From positions 75,888,001-75,952,000 of the forward strand of contig OX597818.1 in assembly GCA_951406725.2 (NCBI GenBank): a stretch of DNA of 64,000 bases, in the 5' to 3' direction. The notes under the pieces were generated by a model, which ran no database searches, was not told the DNA's origin, and was given only the letters and a program-made list of their open reading frames with translations. Position numbers and translations under genes: made by a program. This document shows positions 13,577-27,273 of the stretch, in pieces. Position 1 is the first letter of the stretch; every line of letters starts with the position of its first letter. This stretch comes from Octopus vulgaris. Taxonomy: Eukaryota.

Positions 13577-13798
13577 AGGAGAAAAAAGACAGAAGCAAAG
13601 AGAGAATTGCAGTAGTCTTACCTGTCGATCTGGAAGGGTCACTCACAACGTCCATGTGCTCTGTCTGCCACCACACCTTCTGATGCGTCCGCTCTTGTAC
13701 ACTGTCCACCACCAACTGACTACTTGCGCCTCAGCAACCCCGCATACTCCCTCACTTCTGGTCCTTCCCTATGACACAGCCTGGCTCCTAACACCACA
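13577..13798 (-). repeat. 3' LTR (shorter, diverged)
   Basis: Shares GACAGAAGCAAAGAG..GTCTTACCTG..CACTCACAACGTCC..ACACAGCCTGGCTC..AACACCACA with the other LTR; preceded on the minus strand by a short G-run. Confidence 0.8.
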
Positions 13799-16700
13799 CG
13801 GCCCCCTGATCTGAAGATCATTCAACCAACCTGTCCACACCCACTCCTCAACCCTGACCACATGCCTTAACTTGTCTCGTAATCAGCCAACCAGTGAGGA
13901 GGGCTCCCTCTGTGACCACCATGGGACTTCAGGACTGGCTTCCGTTCCTGGCATGTTGCTTCCGGCTTCATCCTCTTGTCCATTACTGTTGGCTCCATCC
14001 TCCATCTCTGTGATGATCCTGCATACATCTAAAGCATGAAGTGGCATGCCATATACGGATTTACAGAGGTTATTGTCCCTTTTCCCCATTGTGATGTGCA
14101 CCGTGCATTTGGGGGTTTAACCCAGACTTCTTTCCCGACCTGCACAAAGGCATGCTCTTTCTCTTCTGTGGGTTGTGGCGATGTGGTATATGGATATCTC
14201 CACTCGTACTTGAATATTGCCCTGTGTGATTCTAACTCTTCATCCTGTCCCAACCTGGGCAACATATCATACCAAAAAGTGACCTCGACTGGTGAAATGT
14301 GACCCCTCTCTGCTATGGTTTTGATGGTGCAATGATGCCTCTCCACAACCCCATTGCCACCTGGCCTGTATGCTGCCCTGAAGAAACGGCTAACATGCCA
14401 CTTGTCGAGCATTTCTCCCAGCACCTCCGAGCAAAATGCAGTGCCATTGTCCACAAGCAACTCATCCATGAGACCTCATTCTAGGAATGTTTCATTTAGT
14501 ATTCTTGTGATTTCTTCCATGGTCCCTGTCTTCATCTCCCTCCATATGGCCAACCACCCTGGTCTCCTGTCAACCATGTCCCCTGCCAGTAGTGCGTCAC
14601 GTCCACTGCCAGTCATTTCCAGTTGTATTCTACTGGAATGCTTCATGCCTCATACACACCCGGAGCGAGGTCAATGGACTGGCACCTGTCGCAGATCCCA
14701 ACTACTCTCTGCACACCCTGCCTGGTCACGTCAGAGTTAACTTTCCTGGTTAGGAACAGAGTCCTGTCCACTCCCATGTGATGCATGGCATGCAGTCTCC
14801 TCAGCTCCAAGTCACTCAGTCGACACACTGTAGTCACTCTTTGCTCCAGATCCTCTGGCACCTGCAACCAGGCTTTCTTTACTCTGGTCAGGACATCTGC
14901 TCTATTCCTCTCAAATGGCACAAAAACCACACTCAGCCTGAGGTCAAACTTGGCAGCTAGCTTGCCCAGAATTCCCAAATGGCGTCTTATCCGCATCTCT
15001 GCACCCCCTTTGGTTTGCACCCTCCACTTGCCGGTGACCACTGATCCCACCCATCTAAGTACAGTGGCCAATTCAGTCCGGATCTCGATGGTACACAGCC
15101 CCCACCTCAGGGCCAGGTTCAGCCCCTTCAACATGGCATCCAGCCCCACCAGTTGATGTGGTTGCAGTTGTCCTTCTTCCTGAGCCAGGCCGCATCCTCC
15201 ACCACGACACCTCCAATTTCCAGGACAACTCCCATTGCTATGTTGCTGGCATCACACCACATGATCCCATTCTTCAATTTGGGCACATACCAGTTTCCTC
15301 TTACTGGGTCCTCCACAGTCACTCTTTCCAAGATTTCTTGCATCACGGCAGTTGTCTTCTCGCCCACATTGTCACTCCACCTCACTCCTTCAGTTCACCT
15401 TTCCCAGGATGGTTTTGGGAATCATTGCCATAATCTTCGGTGCTGAATTTAGCCTGAATACCAACCTGGTTAGGCAGTATGATCGACCCTTATACCTCAC
15501 TAACTGATATTTCCCCAGTCTCTCAGCCACATGCAGCTGCAGGTATACTGACTTCAAATCGACGATTGTGGAGGTCCCCGTCATCTGCCTTCATTTCCTC
15601 AAGGTTTCGCTGCAAATGTCCGTGACTCCACCATCTGTATAACACAATACGTGATTGTTTAGCTTGCGGAAATTTAATACTAGCCTGACTTTATGCTTCA
15701 TCGGCTGCACCACTGCCATCAGTGGTAGCACTCCGCTCTCCACTTCCTCCTTCAAAGGGATCAGAATGCTTTCCTTGATCCACCTCTCCCTCGAACCCGC
15801 TTCTGGCATCCCCTTTCAGTGTATGAGGATAGCAGCTTACTGCATTTTTCAACGTTGGAGTACCATTCCACTGTCCACTGCCGGCCATTGATCACAAAAA
15901 TCCTTGTCTGTAATGGTGTGTGCAGCATATTTTCTTCACATCTCTCACCACAGACTCATGATGCATATCATCCCCACATTGCCAAACATTACACTGGCTT
16001 CATTGACCATGACACCTCCCAAACAGACAATGGGGTCCTTCCCATCACCACATTGATTCCTTTCACCACGCAGTCAATCACGATCGCGCGCAATCTCAAT
16101 CTCGTTCCTCGTACCACCATCTCCACATCACTACTTCCTCTGCATTCAACTTCTGTACCGTCAACAGCCCTTACACTATTCACTCCACTCCATTCTTCCA
16201 TCACCTCTGGAGTCAGTAGGGTTGTTGAACAGCCTATGTCCGCGAGGGCTCGTGACACCTTTCCGTTCACCACATCTATTACTGGCAATGACCATATACA
16301 CGCCTCTATTCTTTCGACGGGACGACTACCGGCACAGTAGTCTCCCTTAGACCGTTTCCCTGAACGCAGTCACTAGCGATGTGGCCTGTTTGTCTGCATC
16401 GATAGCCAATTACTCCAGGCCTGGGTTCCTTGCAGTCTCTCACCATGTGCGAACCGTGACACCGAAAATACTGCCCTTTGAAGGGTCACACACATTCCTT
16501 GTTCAACCCCTCTCTGCCGCTCTTTGTTTGACTCCTCCTCGTTGTTGCAGTTGCTGCTAAAGGTGTTGTCCTGCAACATGGAATGATGACTCTGGCCCGA
16601 GATATTACCTCTCCCATCGCCATGGAGTGAATATTCAGCAGCTTTTGCAGTTTGACTGACACGTGGTCAGAAAATCCTGTCACAAATGCTAATTTAACTG

Positions 16701-17093
16701 TTTGTTCCAATGTGTCATCCCTGTATCCCCGTAAGTCTGGCCAATCACCTGATTTCATTGGCAAACATTGACCTGTTCACCCATCCACTTTGCTTTCCCC
16801 AGTCAGCCATATGCCATAAATGGCCCTTCTGTAAAAGCCTTTATCAGCTGGACTTCTATTTTTTCTGCGCTTAACTGGTTCTTCTCCTCCATTTCCAGGT
16901 ATAGCGCCAATGCCGATCCATCAAGGCACAACAGTATGAAACTTGCTAGGTCATTTATACTGTGGAGTCATGCTACCAGCTTAATTTTTTTGCAACCAAG
17001 TAGTGACGTCTCCCTCGCTGCAAAATGGCTTAACTGTCCCATTCGAAACACAGACCATACCCATCATTTTTTTTTTTTTTAGCCAAAATAGCT

Positions 17094-17425
17094 TGTGATG
17101 TGAAGGAGGAAAAAGACAGAAGCAAAGAGTGAATTGTGGTAGTCTTACCTGTTGATCTGGAAAGGTCACTCACAACGTCCACTTGTTCTGTCTTGAGATC
17201 TGGAAGGGCCACTCACAATATCCATGTGCTCTGTCTTCCGCTGTACCATCTAACGCATCTACTCTCATATGCTGTCCACCGCCAACTGACCACTCGCACT
17301 TCGCCAACCATGCATACTCACCATGGCCCTTCCGGTGGGACCCACAGGTCCCACTTCTGACAGGACATGCATACCTCCTCACTTCCATTCCTTCCCTACA
17401 ACACAGCCTGGCTCATAACACCACA
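17094..17425 (-). repeat. 5' LTR
   Basis: Minus strand begins TGTGGTG and ends ..CACA; homologous to 13577-13798. Confidence 0.8.
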
Positions 17426-18130
17426 GTTATCACAAACCTTCTCCACAAAACTATATAATAAAGTTAAAGGTGAAATACATGGTCTGAGTGAAGGCAAATC
17501 ATTCGTGATTAGAAAACATTTTGAAATATTAGGAATTCCCACACCTTATACTGTTTAATGCTGAAAAAGGTCACATGCATCAAGCTGTAGAAACCTTGCC
17601 AATACAGACAGTCAGAGCCTGATGCAGCCCTCCACCTGGCCAGATCCTGTCACACCATCCAACCCATGCCAGTATTGAAAACTGATGTTAAATGATGATA
17701 TATATATGTAATTAATATAATTGTTGGGTATGGCTAGTCAAAGAGTTACCATTGGTTTTGCACCTATAATGCTCTTAGCAATATAGGCAACCATTAGACC
17801 TGCAGGCTGGGTGCACATAACCTCTTTACTTCTGGAGATAAGAAAACAGTCTTGGTCAGTCAGGATTGCAGGAAAAAAAAACGAAACAAAATTCTACTGA
17901 GTTATCTCCCTTTGACCAGTTCTAGTTGTGTCCAGAAATGATCAGTAGTATATGCACGATATCCATTCACTAGTTAGACATTATATATTTCCAATGCAAA
18001 TTTCCTCTCATGAGGGTACCAGCTAAACATTTCACTCTTGGAACAACAATTCACTTCTTTGAGATTCTAAAAGAGGACCCATGGTTGTTTAGATGTTGCT
18101 TAGAGGGGGCCTTGTATAGGTATGCCTATA

Positions 18131-18162
<32 letters not shown>

Positions 18163-18294
18163 GGCATACCTTCACAAATGTACCCACCGCCAACCTATTT
18201 TTCAGAGCGTGTAGATTACGATTATATCATTATTTAATATGAAAGAAATTTGGTGGGCATGCACACATACATACTGACACACATCACATATTTT

Positions 18295-18680
18295 CTTTTT
18301 ATCTTTTACTTATTTCAGTCATTAGATTGCAATCATACTGGGGCAACGCCTTGAAGAATTTTCAGTCAAATAAATTGAACTTATTAATTTTTTAAGGCCT
18401 AGTACTTGTTCTATCATTCTCTTTAATGAAACTGCTAAGTTATGGCAATGTAAACACATTAACACTGGTTATCAAGTAGTGGTAGGGTCAAACACTGACA
18501 CAAAGGTGTACACACACACACACACCACACCACACACAAACACACAGACATATATTTTTATATGACAAGCTTCTTTCAGTTTCCATCAACCAAATCCACT
18601 CACAAGGCTTTCGTCAGCCTGAGGCTAAGGTAGAAGACACTTACTCAATGTGTCATGCAGTGGGACTGAACCCAGAAACT
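18295..18680 (-). mobile_element. SINE, dominant family
   Basis: Reverse complement of the same head/microsatellite/tail structure. Confidence 0.8.
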
Positions 18681-19064
18681 AGAAATTTGGAAAAAGTTGT
18701 GGCAGTATGTATGTGCATGTGCTCACGATTTTTATTTTCTCATATCAAATTCTGATATAATTCTAATCTACTCCATCTGAAAGTATTTGTAGAAAATTTG
18801 ATTAAAAAGACCCATTTTTCTGAAAGTTATGAGCTAACAAAGCTGACTCATGTAAGTTTTCTGAAACTTCTCTTCCCACCACTGGAAAAAATTTTGCACA
18901 ACAAATTCCAATATAATTGGAATCTACATTATCTGAGGTGTATTTATAGCAAGTTTCATCAAAAGATATCCATTTTTCTGATAGTTACCAGGAAACAAAC
19001 TTGGCAGGGGACATTTGTGTATGTATGCCTACACATATTATATATGTGTGTGTGTGTGTATATA

Positions 19065-19126
<62 letters not shown>

Positions 19127-19436
19127 ACTCTTCTGTTGAAAACAGGACACGTATGAGCGCTAAGCTTTTGTTGAACAACTTGCATAAATGATTTGTTTAT
19201 AGTGATCAGAGGTTCGTGCTGCACATTAGTTCAATCTTACCATCAAATGAACGTTGTCTGAACTGGTGCATGATGTACCATGTGTCAGGTGTCAAAGTGA
19301 TTGCAGAGCAATATGAGATGAAATCTTTTGCTCAAGAACCTATCGCACCACCTGGTCTAGGAATTGAAATCCTGATTTAGTGATTGTGAGTACAACACAC
19401 TAACCACTAAACTGTACACCCTCACACACACACACA

Positions 19437-20664
19437 CATTAGATAATCCCATAAATAATGCAGTTATTTTATACTTCTTTTATTTTTCAAAATTAAGATA
19501 AACAAATTTCCTTTTTAATCCAAAATTGACTTGTCCATAACAAAAAAAAAAAAAACCTCCACTACTGTTCTGACCTCATCTACAGAATTCATATTTTTTC
19601 CGTCCAAATGATTTTGAAGACTGTGAAATAAATGATAATCAGATGGGGCAATATCCAGGGAAAATGGTAGGTGGAGCATAGTTTTCCATTGAAACTGCTC
19701 CGGCCTTTGGAATGTCATCCTTGCTATATGTGGCCAAGTGCTATTCTGATGGAAGAAAATCTTTCATCTTGAAACCAAAGGTGGTCATTTTTTCTTGTAG
19801 CGCTGACTTCAGCCATTCAACCTGCTTGCAGTAGATCTTTGTTTTCATTTGGTTTGGGTTTTAAAGTTCAAAGTGGACTAAACCTTTCATATCCCACCAA
19901 ACAGATAACAACACCTTAAGTGGGTGAAGACCTTCTTTAGCCTGAGGTGCTGGTGTTTCTCCTTCCCCTTCCCACTGTCTTCAGCACTTGACATTTTTAT
20001 AGAAAATCCATTTCTCATCACCAGTCATTATTCAGTCCAAAAAAAGGTTAATTTGTGACACATGACAACAAAGAAGAGCACACATTCACTCTCCACATGT
20101 GATTAGACTCAGAAAGTTTGTGAGGAACCCAGTGATCCAATTTGCTGATATTTGCAATGGCATGTAGGTGTTAATGAATTGTTGAATGACCAAATCCAGG
20201 CTTCTCTGCTAGTTCTTCAATAGTTACAATGAGATTTTGTTCCACCAGGGTTTGCAGGATGTCCTCATCAAGCTCTACAAATCTTCCAGGATGAGATTTG
20301 TTTTCTGAGCTGTAGTTTTTGGCTCAGAATTTCTGGAACCACTGCTGACACTGGCTTACACTTATTGTCTGATCCCTATATACTGCATTAAGATTCCTTG
20401 CACTTTCCGTTGTGCCGTTGCTTTTATTGAACTCATAAAGCGAAATATGCCAAATATACTACTTTGTCACTTCCATTATAGGTTTGAAAAAATAACTGTT
20501 AAAATCAAATTGCACTCTTCAAAACTTGTACTAAGAATAAGTACAAGGTAAAATTACTATCTGCTTTTATAGCAAGTTGATGCAGGTAGTTTATCCCATC
20601 CCCTTCCGACTTTTAGTTCATGCAATTGAAAAAAAAACTTCATTATTTATGGGATGACCCAATA
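19437..20664 (-). mobile_element. Full-length but decayed mariner transposon
   Basis: TIRs ATCCCATAAATAATG / CATTATTTATGGGAT, ~1.23 kb. WVPH relic near 20120-20131 and SLDIAPSDYHLF (YSPDLAPSDY-type) in ORF 19515-19718. Confidence 0.88.
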
Positions 20665-20749
20665 TAACCAGTGGGGTAGCTGAACAATGCAAAGTGTACT
20701 GTGACTGGCAGCATATCACAACATCAGACAGAGTAGTTGATACTGTGTT

Positions 20750-20789
<40 letters not shown>

Positions 20790-21699
20790 TCATCATCATC
20801 ATCATTTACTGTCCGTTTTCCATGCTAGCATGTGTTGGACGGTTTAACTGGGGTCTGTGAAGCCGGAAGGTTTCATCAGGCCCAGTCAGATTTGGCAGTG
20901 TTTCTACGGCTGGATGCCCTTCCTAACGCCAATATATATATGTATATATATATATATATATATCTATTTATGTATATACATACACACACATACATCCAAA
21001 CACACACATATTTATGTATATCTCAGTTAATCTATATGTGTGTCTACAAACATATGGATTTACACATTTCAGAATCAGATTATTTTAACATTGGCACCAT
21101 ATTTTGATGATCTATTTTTTTTTAATAGAAAAATACTGCTTTTGTCATCATTTGATGATCATCCTTAACATCCAAACCATCAACAACAATTTTGAAAAAC
21201 TTCAGAAATACTGTCACAATGAAGATGACATTTGTCATTATTTGTCAATTATTTTGCATTTTCACTCAGTTTATTTTAGTATTGCATTGCTCTTTTATTT
21301 ATTACTATTTATTTTTAAAAAAAGTTAATAGGATATTTTTTATTTATTATATAATTTTTTTAGAATTATAATTCATCCTATTATAATAATTTTAATTTTT
21401 TACAGAATATAGTCATAGCTAATTCTATGATTTTTCTCCATAATGTCTGTGTTTTTTATTGTGTGCATTTTTTCTTTGGATTTTATATAATTTTTAAATT
21501 AATGTTATGGTCTTTGAAAACAGATGTAATATTATTTATGATGAGAATTATATTTCTAACTATAACAGAAAATTTCTGACATTCAATGAGTTAAATATAC
21601 AGGCAGGCTTTTATAAATTAACACCCAGTAAGCACTCATTTTTTAATAATAAATATTGCTTGCATTCTTTAATTTTAATGCTTCTTATTATTGTGGTGG

Positions 21700-24600
21700 G
21701 ATGTAAGTGAAACCAGAGTCTGGGGATGATAAAGAAAATAAGGAAGGTAATGAAAAAATAAAGAAGAAATGAAGAGAAACAAACATGCTGAAGTTCGAGA
21801 AAGATATAGAATTAAAAAAATAGAAAATACAAAAACAACTAATACAAAAAGGCAAGAAAGATACAGAGAAAAAAACTAAAATAATGAAGATTACAAACAA
21901 AGAAATGTAAAATACAAAAGAAGTGCCTAAGAAAAAAGAAAAAGAAAAGAACAAAACAAATATATGCAAAATGGCAAAAAAAGTAAATTTAAAAAGCAAA
22001 AGGTTATTTATCAGTCAAATTCTAAAAATAAAAGACAAGTAATTGCAGAACAGAGGATTAAAAAATACAAGAAAAATCTGGTTACAATATCTAAGAAAAA
22101 ATTTTTTTGTTAGAAAAATGGATTAAACAAATTTTGTAATATTTTATTCAAAAAGTCATTATTTTACACAAACTTACTAAATCTTAATTATTTTATAAAA
22201 GGAAATATAGAAGAAATTCTAAAAAAGGACAAAATAGAATAACTAAAATGTACATTTCTTCTTTGGGCATTAGAAATCTTACACTCAAAGAAAGAAAAAA
22301 TACTGCAGTAATTGTTTATAATTTTGTGAAAAATGTTGAAATGGATGGCTTATTGGCTCTTTATTGGGGACAAAATTTGTACCATACTTTTACTAATGAA
22401 TGTTATTTATTCCCAAGAAATGTTGTTGAATATGTGCCATTGAATGTTTGCAAAATTATTCCATCTGATAATGAAGAAAATCTGTGCCAGTTAATGAACA
22501 AAATCAAGGAAAAGGAGATCAAGAAAATGAAGAGTTTGATGATTTTGTTGGAAATCTAGGATGTCTTTGTGATTTGAAGATGGGTATCCTGATAAAAAAA
22601 ACTCAACTTTTTTAAACAAGGTACCTTCATTAAGCTATTCAAGGAATTTCATCAGACTTGACTGTTTTGGAAATTAGAAAAAATTGGAAGAATGCATTGG
22701 CATTCATAGTGACGGTTTGTATTGTCTTGGCCAATCTGATTACACTAACAGACTTGAACTTCTTAGAAGATTGGCACCACACATATCAAGACTTAGAACT
22801 CTTCTGACTAATGTGCACAGATTGAGAGCTGTCTGCATTTGGTGGCATCTGTATGACATTGCTATTCTGGAAGGTAATTGGCCTATGTTTAAAAAGCTGA
22901 TGAACAAAACCACTCTTGCTGTCAATAGCTGTAACATAATTGAGGAACTATAAGAAAAAGAACATCATTCAGAAATAGAAGTTGTCAATTAATTTTCACC
23001 TCAAGTAAAAAACTTTAACAAAGAAATGCAGAAAATGAAAGTTGATGCTTGTGAAATTTACAAACAAAGAGAATATGATGTTCAAATAAAAGTTTGGAAT
23101 GAGTTTGGATGAAAATGTGAAAGAAGATATCAAAGAATATTATACTTTGTGCTGTGGAGTATGTGATTTTTGTGGTGCAAATTTAACAAAAAGGAAAAAT
23201 TCCTTTATACATATCAATGACTGGCTTAGAGGCGACAAAGATACCTGAAAAATTGGATATGCTTTATAAATGTGATAAAACTTGTGTCTCAAAAATTCAA
23301 AGAACCATCATCAGATATGCTATCTGCTATAAAAGGCACAGCAACTCACTTATTCCAATGGAAAATACTATTCATCATGTTATGGACACATTACCATCAA
23401 AAGATCACAATCCTTTGCAAATTATGATTAGGTGCTGAAAAGTTCTTGGCTTTGATTTTTAAAAAAATGCAGGATGATCAGTTCTTTATGATTTTATTCA
23501 ACATATTCCCCTCTTAGATTCACACACTTATTGCTGTATTCCTTCCATTTTTCTAAGCTCTGTAAAAGAACTTGGAAGGTTGTTCTTCCAACCAGGCTTT
23601 GGAAGTCTTTGCTCAACATGCAAAATGTAACCAATGCACTTAAATGGTTAAAATAAAATAATGAGTTATATAAAATTGTTGAAATCACATGATCACAATG
23701 ACATTGCAATTTGCACTGCAAAAAATAGTTTGCTAGAGTCTGAATATTTGTTGTCTCATTTGGCTAAAGAAGCTACTGAAACCATTTATGAGCATCATAC
23801 TGTCCAAAAAATGTAAACCCCACCCCCATTAGCAAATGAAAAAGATATTGAAATTTACAAACTGAAAAAAATTGAAGGAGATTTACTGAAATCTAGATTT
23901 AATGTGCTTTCCAATTTTGTTTCCTAAAGGAAAATTTGGATTGCATTACAACAAACCATATAAAAAAGTCCATCTTACATGTTTATTAGAAATAGAATTC
24001 ACCACGCTGATCCAAGGTTTAGAAGAAATATTCAATATTTATTTTATCTTGTTGACAAAGCTGACAAAAAAGTATTAGATTCTGGCACGTTTGTTTTGAT
24101 GAAGTCAATAATGTGTAGCTAATGACATTAGCTGAATTTAATCAAAGAATTCAAAATAATGATAAAGAACTTGAAAGAAATCTTTCAATGATGATGGCAA
24201 ATGTGGGCAGTTCCAAGCAATTTTGGAATAGAAAAGTATCTGATTTGCATGCTATGAATGAAAAATTTGACCCAACAACATTTTTTTATTACTTTGTCTT
24301 GTGCTGAATATTTGTGGCCAGACTTGAGAGAAATTTTGGAAAAATTGAACAGTGATATTGAAAATGTTGAAACTGTCAAAACAAGCATTTTGTGTGTAAA
24401 TGATGTTGCTGCTGTTAGTGAGCATTTTTATCACCAATTATAAACCATAATGAATGTAGTGTTTTGGCCAAAAAATAATCCAATCTGTGGTAACATCACA
24501 CATTATTTTTAGAGGATAGAATATCAATAAAATTTAGGTGGATTATTTATGACAAAGATTCACCAGAAAAAATTCAAAAATTTATTGGAAGAATAGATCA
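21700..24600 (+). mobile_element. Decayed Helitron-type Rep remnant
   Basis: Broken frames give CFPILFPKGKFG, HADPRFRRNIQYLFYL, SKQFW..DLHAM...PTTFF-ITLSCAEYLWPDL and THYF*RIEYQ, matching the Helitron Rep N-terminal domain. Boundaries approximate. Confidence 0.75.
23425..23620. mobile_element. Probable mariner-type end fragment inside the Helitron remnant
   Basis: Begins GGTGCTGAAAAGTTCTTGGCTTT, resembling a mariner TIR, and interrupts the Helitron frame. Confidence 0.4.
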
Positions 24601-24736
24601 ATTTCAACTTCTGGTCAGCAATTTACGTACCAGCAACTGCTACTAAATTTATTGACCTCAAAAGGATGAAGCACAAAGTTGACCGTTGCAGAATTTGAAC
24701 TCAGAATGTTAAGATGGACAAAATGTCGCTAAGCAT

Positions 24737-24931
24737 TCTTCTTCTTCTTCTTCTTCTTCTTCTTCTTCTTCTTCTTCTTCTTCTTCTTCTTCTTCTTCTT
24801 CTTCTTCTTCTTCTTCTTCTTCTTCTTCTTCTTCTTCTTCTTCTTCTTCTTCTTCTTCTTCTTCTTCTTCTTCTTCTTCTTCTTCTTCTTCTTCTTCTTC
24901 TTCTTCTTCTTCTTCTTCTTCTTCTTCTTCT
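24737..24931. repeat. (TTC)n microsatellite
   Basis: Direct reading; explains the poly-R and poly-L ORFs. Confidence 0.98.
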
Positions 24932-26219
24932 ACTTCTACGCCTCCTCCTCTCCTCCTCCTCCAAAATTTAATTGCTTTCCATACTTACAATTGAAAACAT
25001 CTCATTGACTGAAATGTTTTTTATAAAATTATTTTAGCATTTTCTACCTTGATTTTTTTTCTATATATATCAATTCATGTGTTCCTTTTCAACCTTCTAC
25101 ATATATATATACACACACACACACATTTCACTTATATTTATATTTCTACTATTAGGACTAATCGCCTTTTAGATAAACTCTTTTTTTATATACGTCTGTA
25201 TTGATTTACTCACTTGTAATGTTTTTCCCTATATATATAAGCACAAATGTAATTCTTTTCCCATATAAATTGCACTTGATGTTCTAGGGTCTGATGAAGC
25301 TATAAGGTGTTATTCAGGCACTGAACTATGAATCCACTGCATCTTATTGCAGAAACAGCTGTAAGCAAATGAAGCTCATAACATAATTATTTTTTCCTTT
25401 GTCATCTCATTTTCTTACACACACACACACACGTTCTGTCTCAAAGACAAGAGTGTAGATTATAATTTTGCAATCCTGCATTATCTTGCAGCTTCGAGAT
25501 TTCGATGATGTGATTATATATTTTTTTAGACTAACATTGTAGGGTAAGCATGAGAGGCTGGATATTGCCAGGTTAAACATAAAACAGGAAGAATATTTTG
25601 GCTGGATATGGCTTGTTTAAATACTTAGGGGTTAAAAGTACATTAGTTGAAGTATTTTATCACCATAGTTATAATGTTTTTGCTAAAATCAAAGCAAACA
25701 GGAAAATGCAGTATATTTTAGTATAATATAAATTATTGCATTTATTTATTTATTTTGTACTGAATTTAACAATTTGTCTTTTTAGAATAATGTTTATTTA
25801 AAGCTTTATATATTTGTCGTTATTTTCGACTCAGATTGCCAAATCTCTCAAAGCAAACTTATGTCACGACTCACTGTTGACTGTTAGCCACTGTTCTGTT
25901 TAGATATAGTTTACTGAAAAGATTAAATTGTAATCATATCTCCTCCCTGTAGTGAATTCTAGATAAACTGAATTTCTGATCTGAATTCCTGTCAGGTTGG
26001 CACTTGTTTATGTTATCAATGTTATTTTTAGAGAATAGTTTTCTAAAAAGTCAGGATTTAATGAAACATCTAGAATGATGGTAATTATATTAGGGTAGGA
26101 CATGTTTTAATTAGGAATTTTCTTTCTTAATCCCAATTTATTGTGGTTAGTCTTGACTACTTTAGTAAAAATAGTGTGTAGACTTTTTCTCTTCTTAATA
26201 TTATAATTAAATAGATAAC

Positions 26220-26790
26220 AAGCAGGCAAAATGCCTAGTAGCATTTCATCCATCTTTACATTCTGAGTTCAAATTCCTTTCATACTTTTGGAGTCAATGA
26301 AAGTACCAGTTGAGCACTGGGGCTGATTTAATCGACTTAGTCCCTTCTCCAAACAGGTGGCAAGCTGGCTGAATTATTAGCACACTGGAAAATACGTACT
26401 GCATTTTGTTCATGTTTATATCTGGATTTCAAATTCTGCTGGGATCATTCGGAGGGGGTCAATAAAATAAGTACTAGTTGAGCACTGGGGTTGATGTAAT
26501 TGGCTCACTCCCTTCCCTGAAATTGCTGGCATTGTGCCAAAATTTGAAACCAATATTATAATTAAATAGGTGGTGAGCTGGCATAATTATTAACACAGTG
26601 GGGGAAATGCCTAGTGCATTTCATTCATTTTTACATTCTGAAGTCAAATTTTGCTGGGGTTGACTTCGTCTTTCATCCTTTCAGAAGGGTCAATAAAATA
26701 GGTACTGGCTGAGCACAGGGGTCGATTTAATTGATTTAGTTTCGTCCCTGAAATTGCTGGCCTTGTGCTAAAATTTGAAACCAATATTGT
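26220..26790 (+). mobile_element. Three head-to-tail copies of the second SINE family
   Basis: TCAAATT..AAGTAC..GAGCAC.GGG..GAT.TAAT recurs three times. Confidence 0.75.
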
Positions 26791-26825
26791 AATTAAATAA
26801 TGTTGTTTGATGAAAAGTCATGTAA

Positions 26826-27055
26826 TAAACCCTTTTGATACCAACATGCTTGAGACTGTTTCAAATTTTATGATACAAATTTCCTATTATAAAGTGTTCT
26901 AAATTTAAACCATCCATCAAAATTTTATGTCAATTTCTCTTCTAAAAACCTGTTGAATAATGACAAAGTTATTTTACTGAATTCCTCTTTATTTTCAAAA
27001 TTAATTGAAGCAAAAGCAGTGTATTTCATCAGAAATATGGTAACAAAAGGGTTAA
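26826..27055. mobile_element. MITE with (T)AACCCTTTTG...CAAAAGGGTTAA ends (piggyBac-like termini)
   Basis: Short TIRs with CCC/GGG and TTAA. Related copies near 857-1545 and 53820-54030. Confidence 0.6.
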
Positions 27056-27160
27056 ATCATACTGTTTTCCATAAACTTATTTATTTTAACTATGCAACTT
27101 CTCTCATTTCAGAAAATTTTAATTGAAACAGAAGTAGACATATTGGATTAAAGAAACAAA

Positions 27161-27273
27161 ATGACTGATCAACCAATTCTTTGTTGCTGTGAATATATTA
27201 ACAAAAGCGGGGAGAGAAATCACATGTTGGCTTGCTGTTGTGATTGTGAAGATTTGGATAAAGCTTGTGATAA
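27161..27273 (+). CDS. ZDHHC23: Palmitoyltransferase ZDHHC23-like, coding exon 1 (MTDQPILCCCEYINKSGERNHMLACCCDCEDLDKACD)
   Basis: The Cys-rich N-terminus LCCCEY..GE.NH..C.CDC.DLD..CD is characteristic of ZDHHC23. Acceptor at 27111-27112 upstream of the ATG; GTAAGT donor at 27274 (phase 2). Missed by the ORF track. Confidence 0.9.

Larger units (their letters stand above)
13577..17425 (-). mobile_element. Decayed Ty3/Gypsy-type LTR retrotransposon
   Basis: Direct repeats at 13577-13798 and ~17094-17425. Fragmented ORFs in the order gag (zinc-knuckle relic CRQTGHIASDC), protease (ALADIGCS), RT (DLKSVYLQL), RNase H (WCDAS), integrase (HH..C..C, VDNG, GNGVVER). Many stops and frameshifts. Confidence 0.9.

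Noticed and set aside
24701-24971. Poly-Arg / poly-Leu ORFs
   Set aside because: Translation of (TTC)n.
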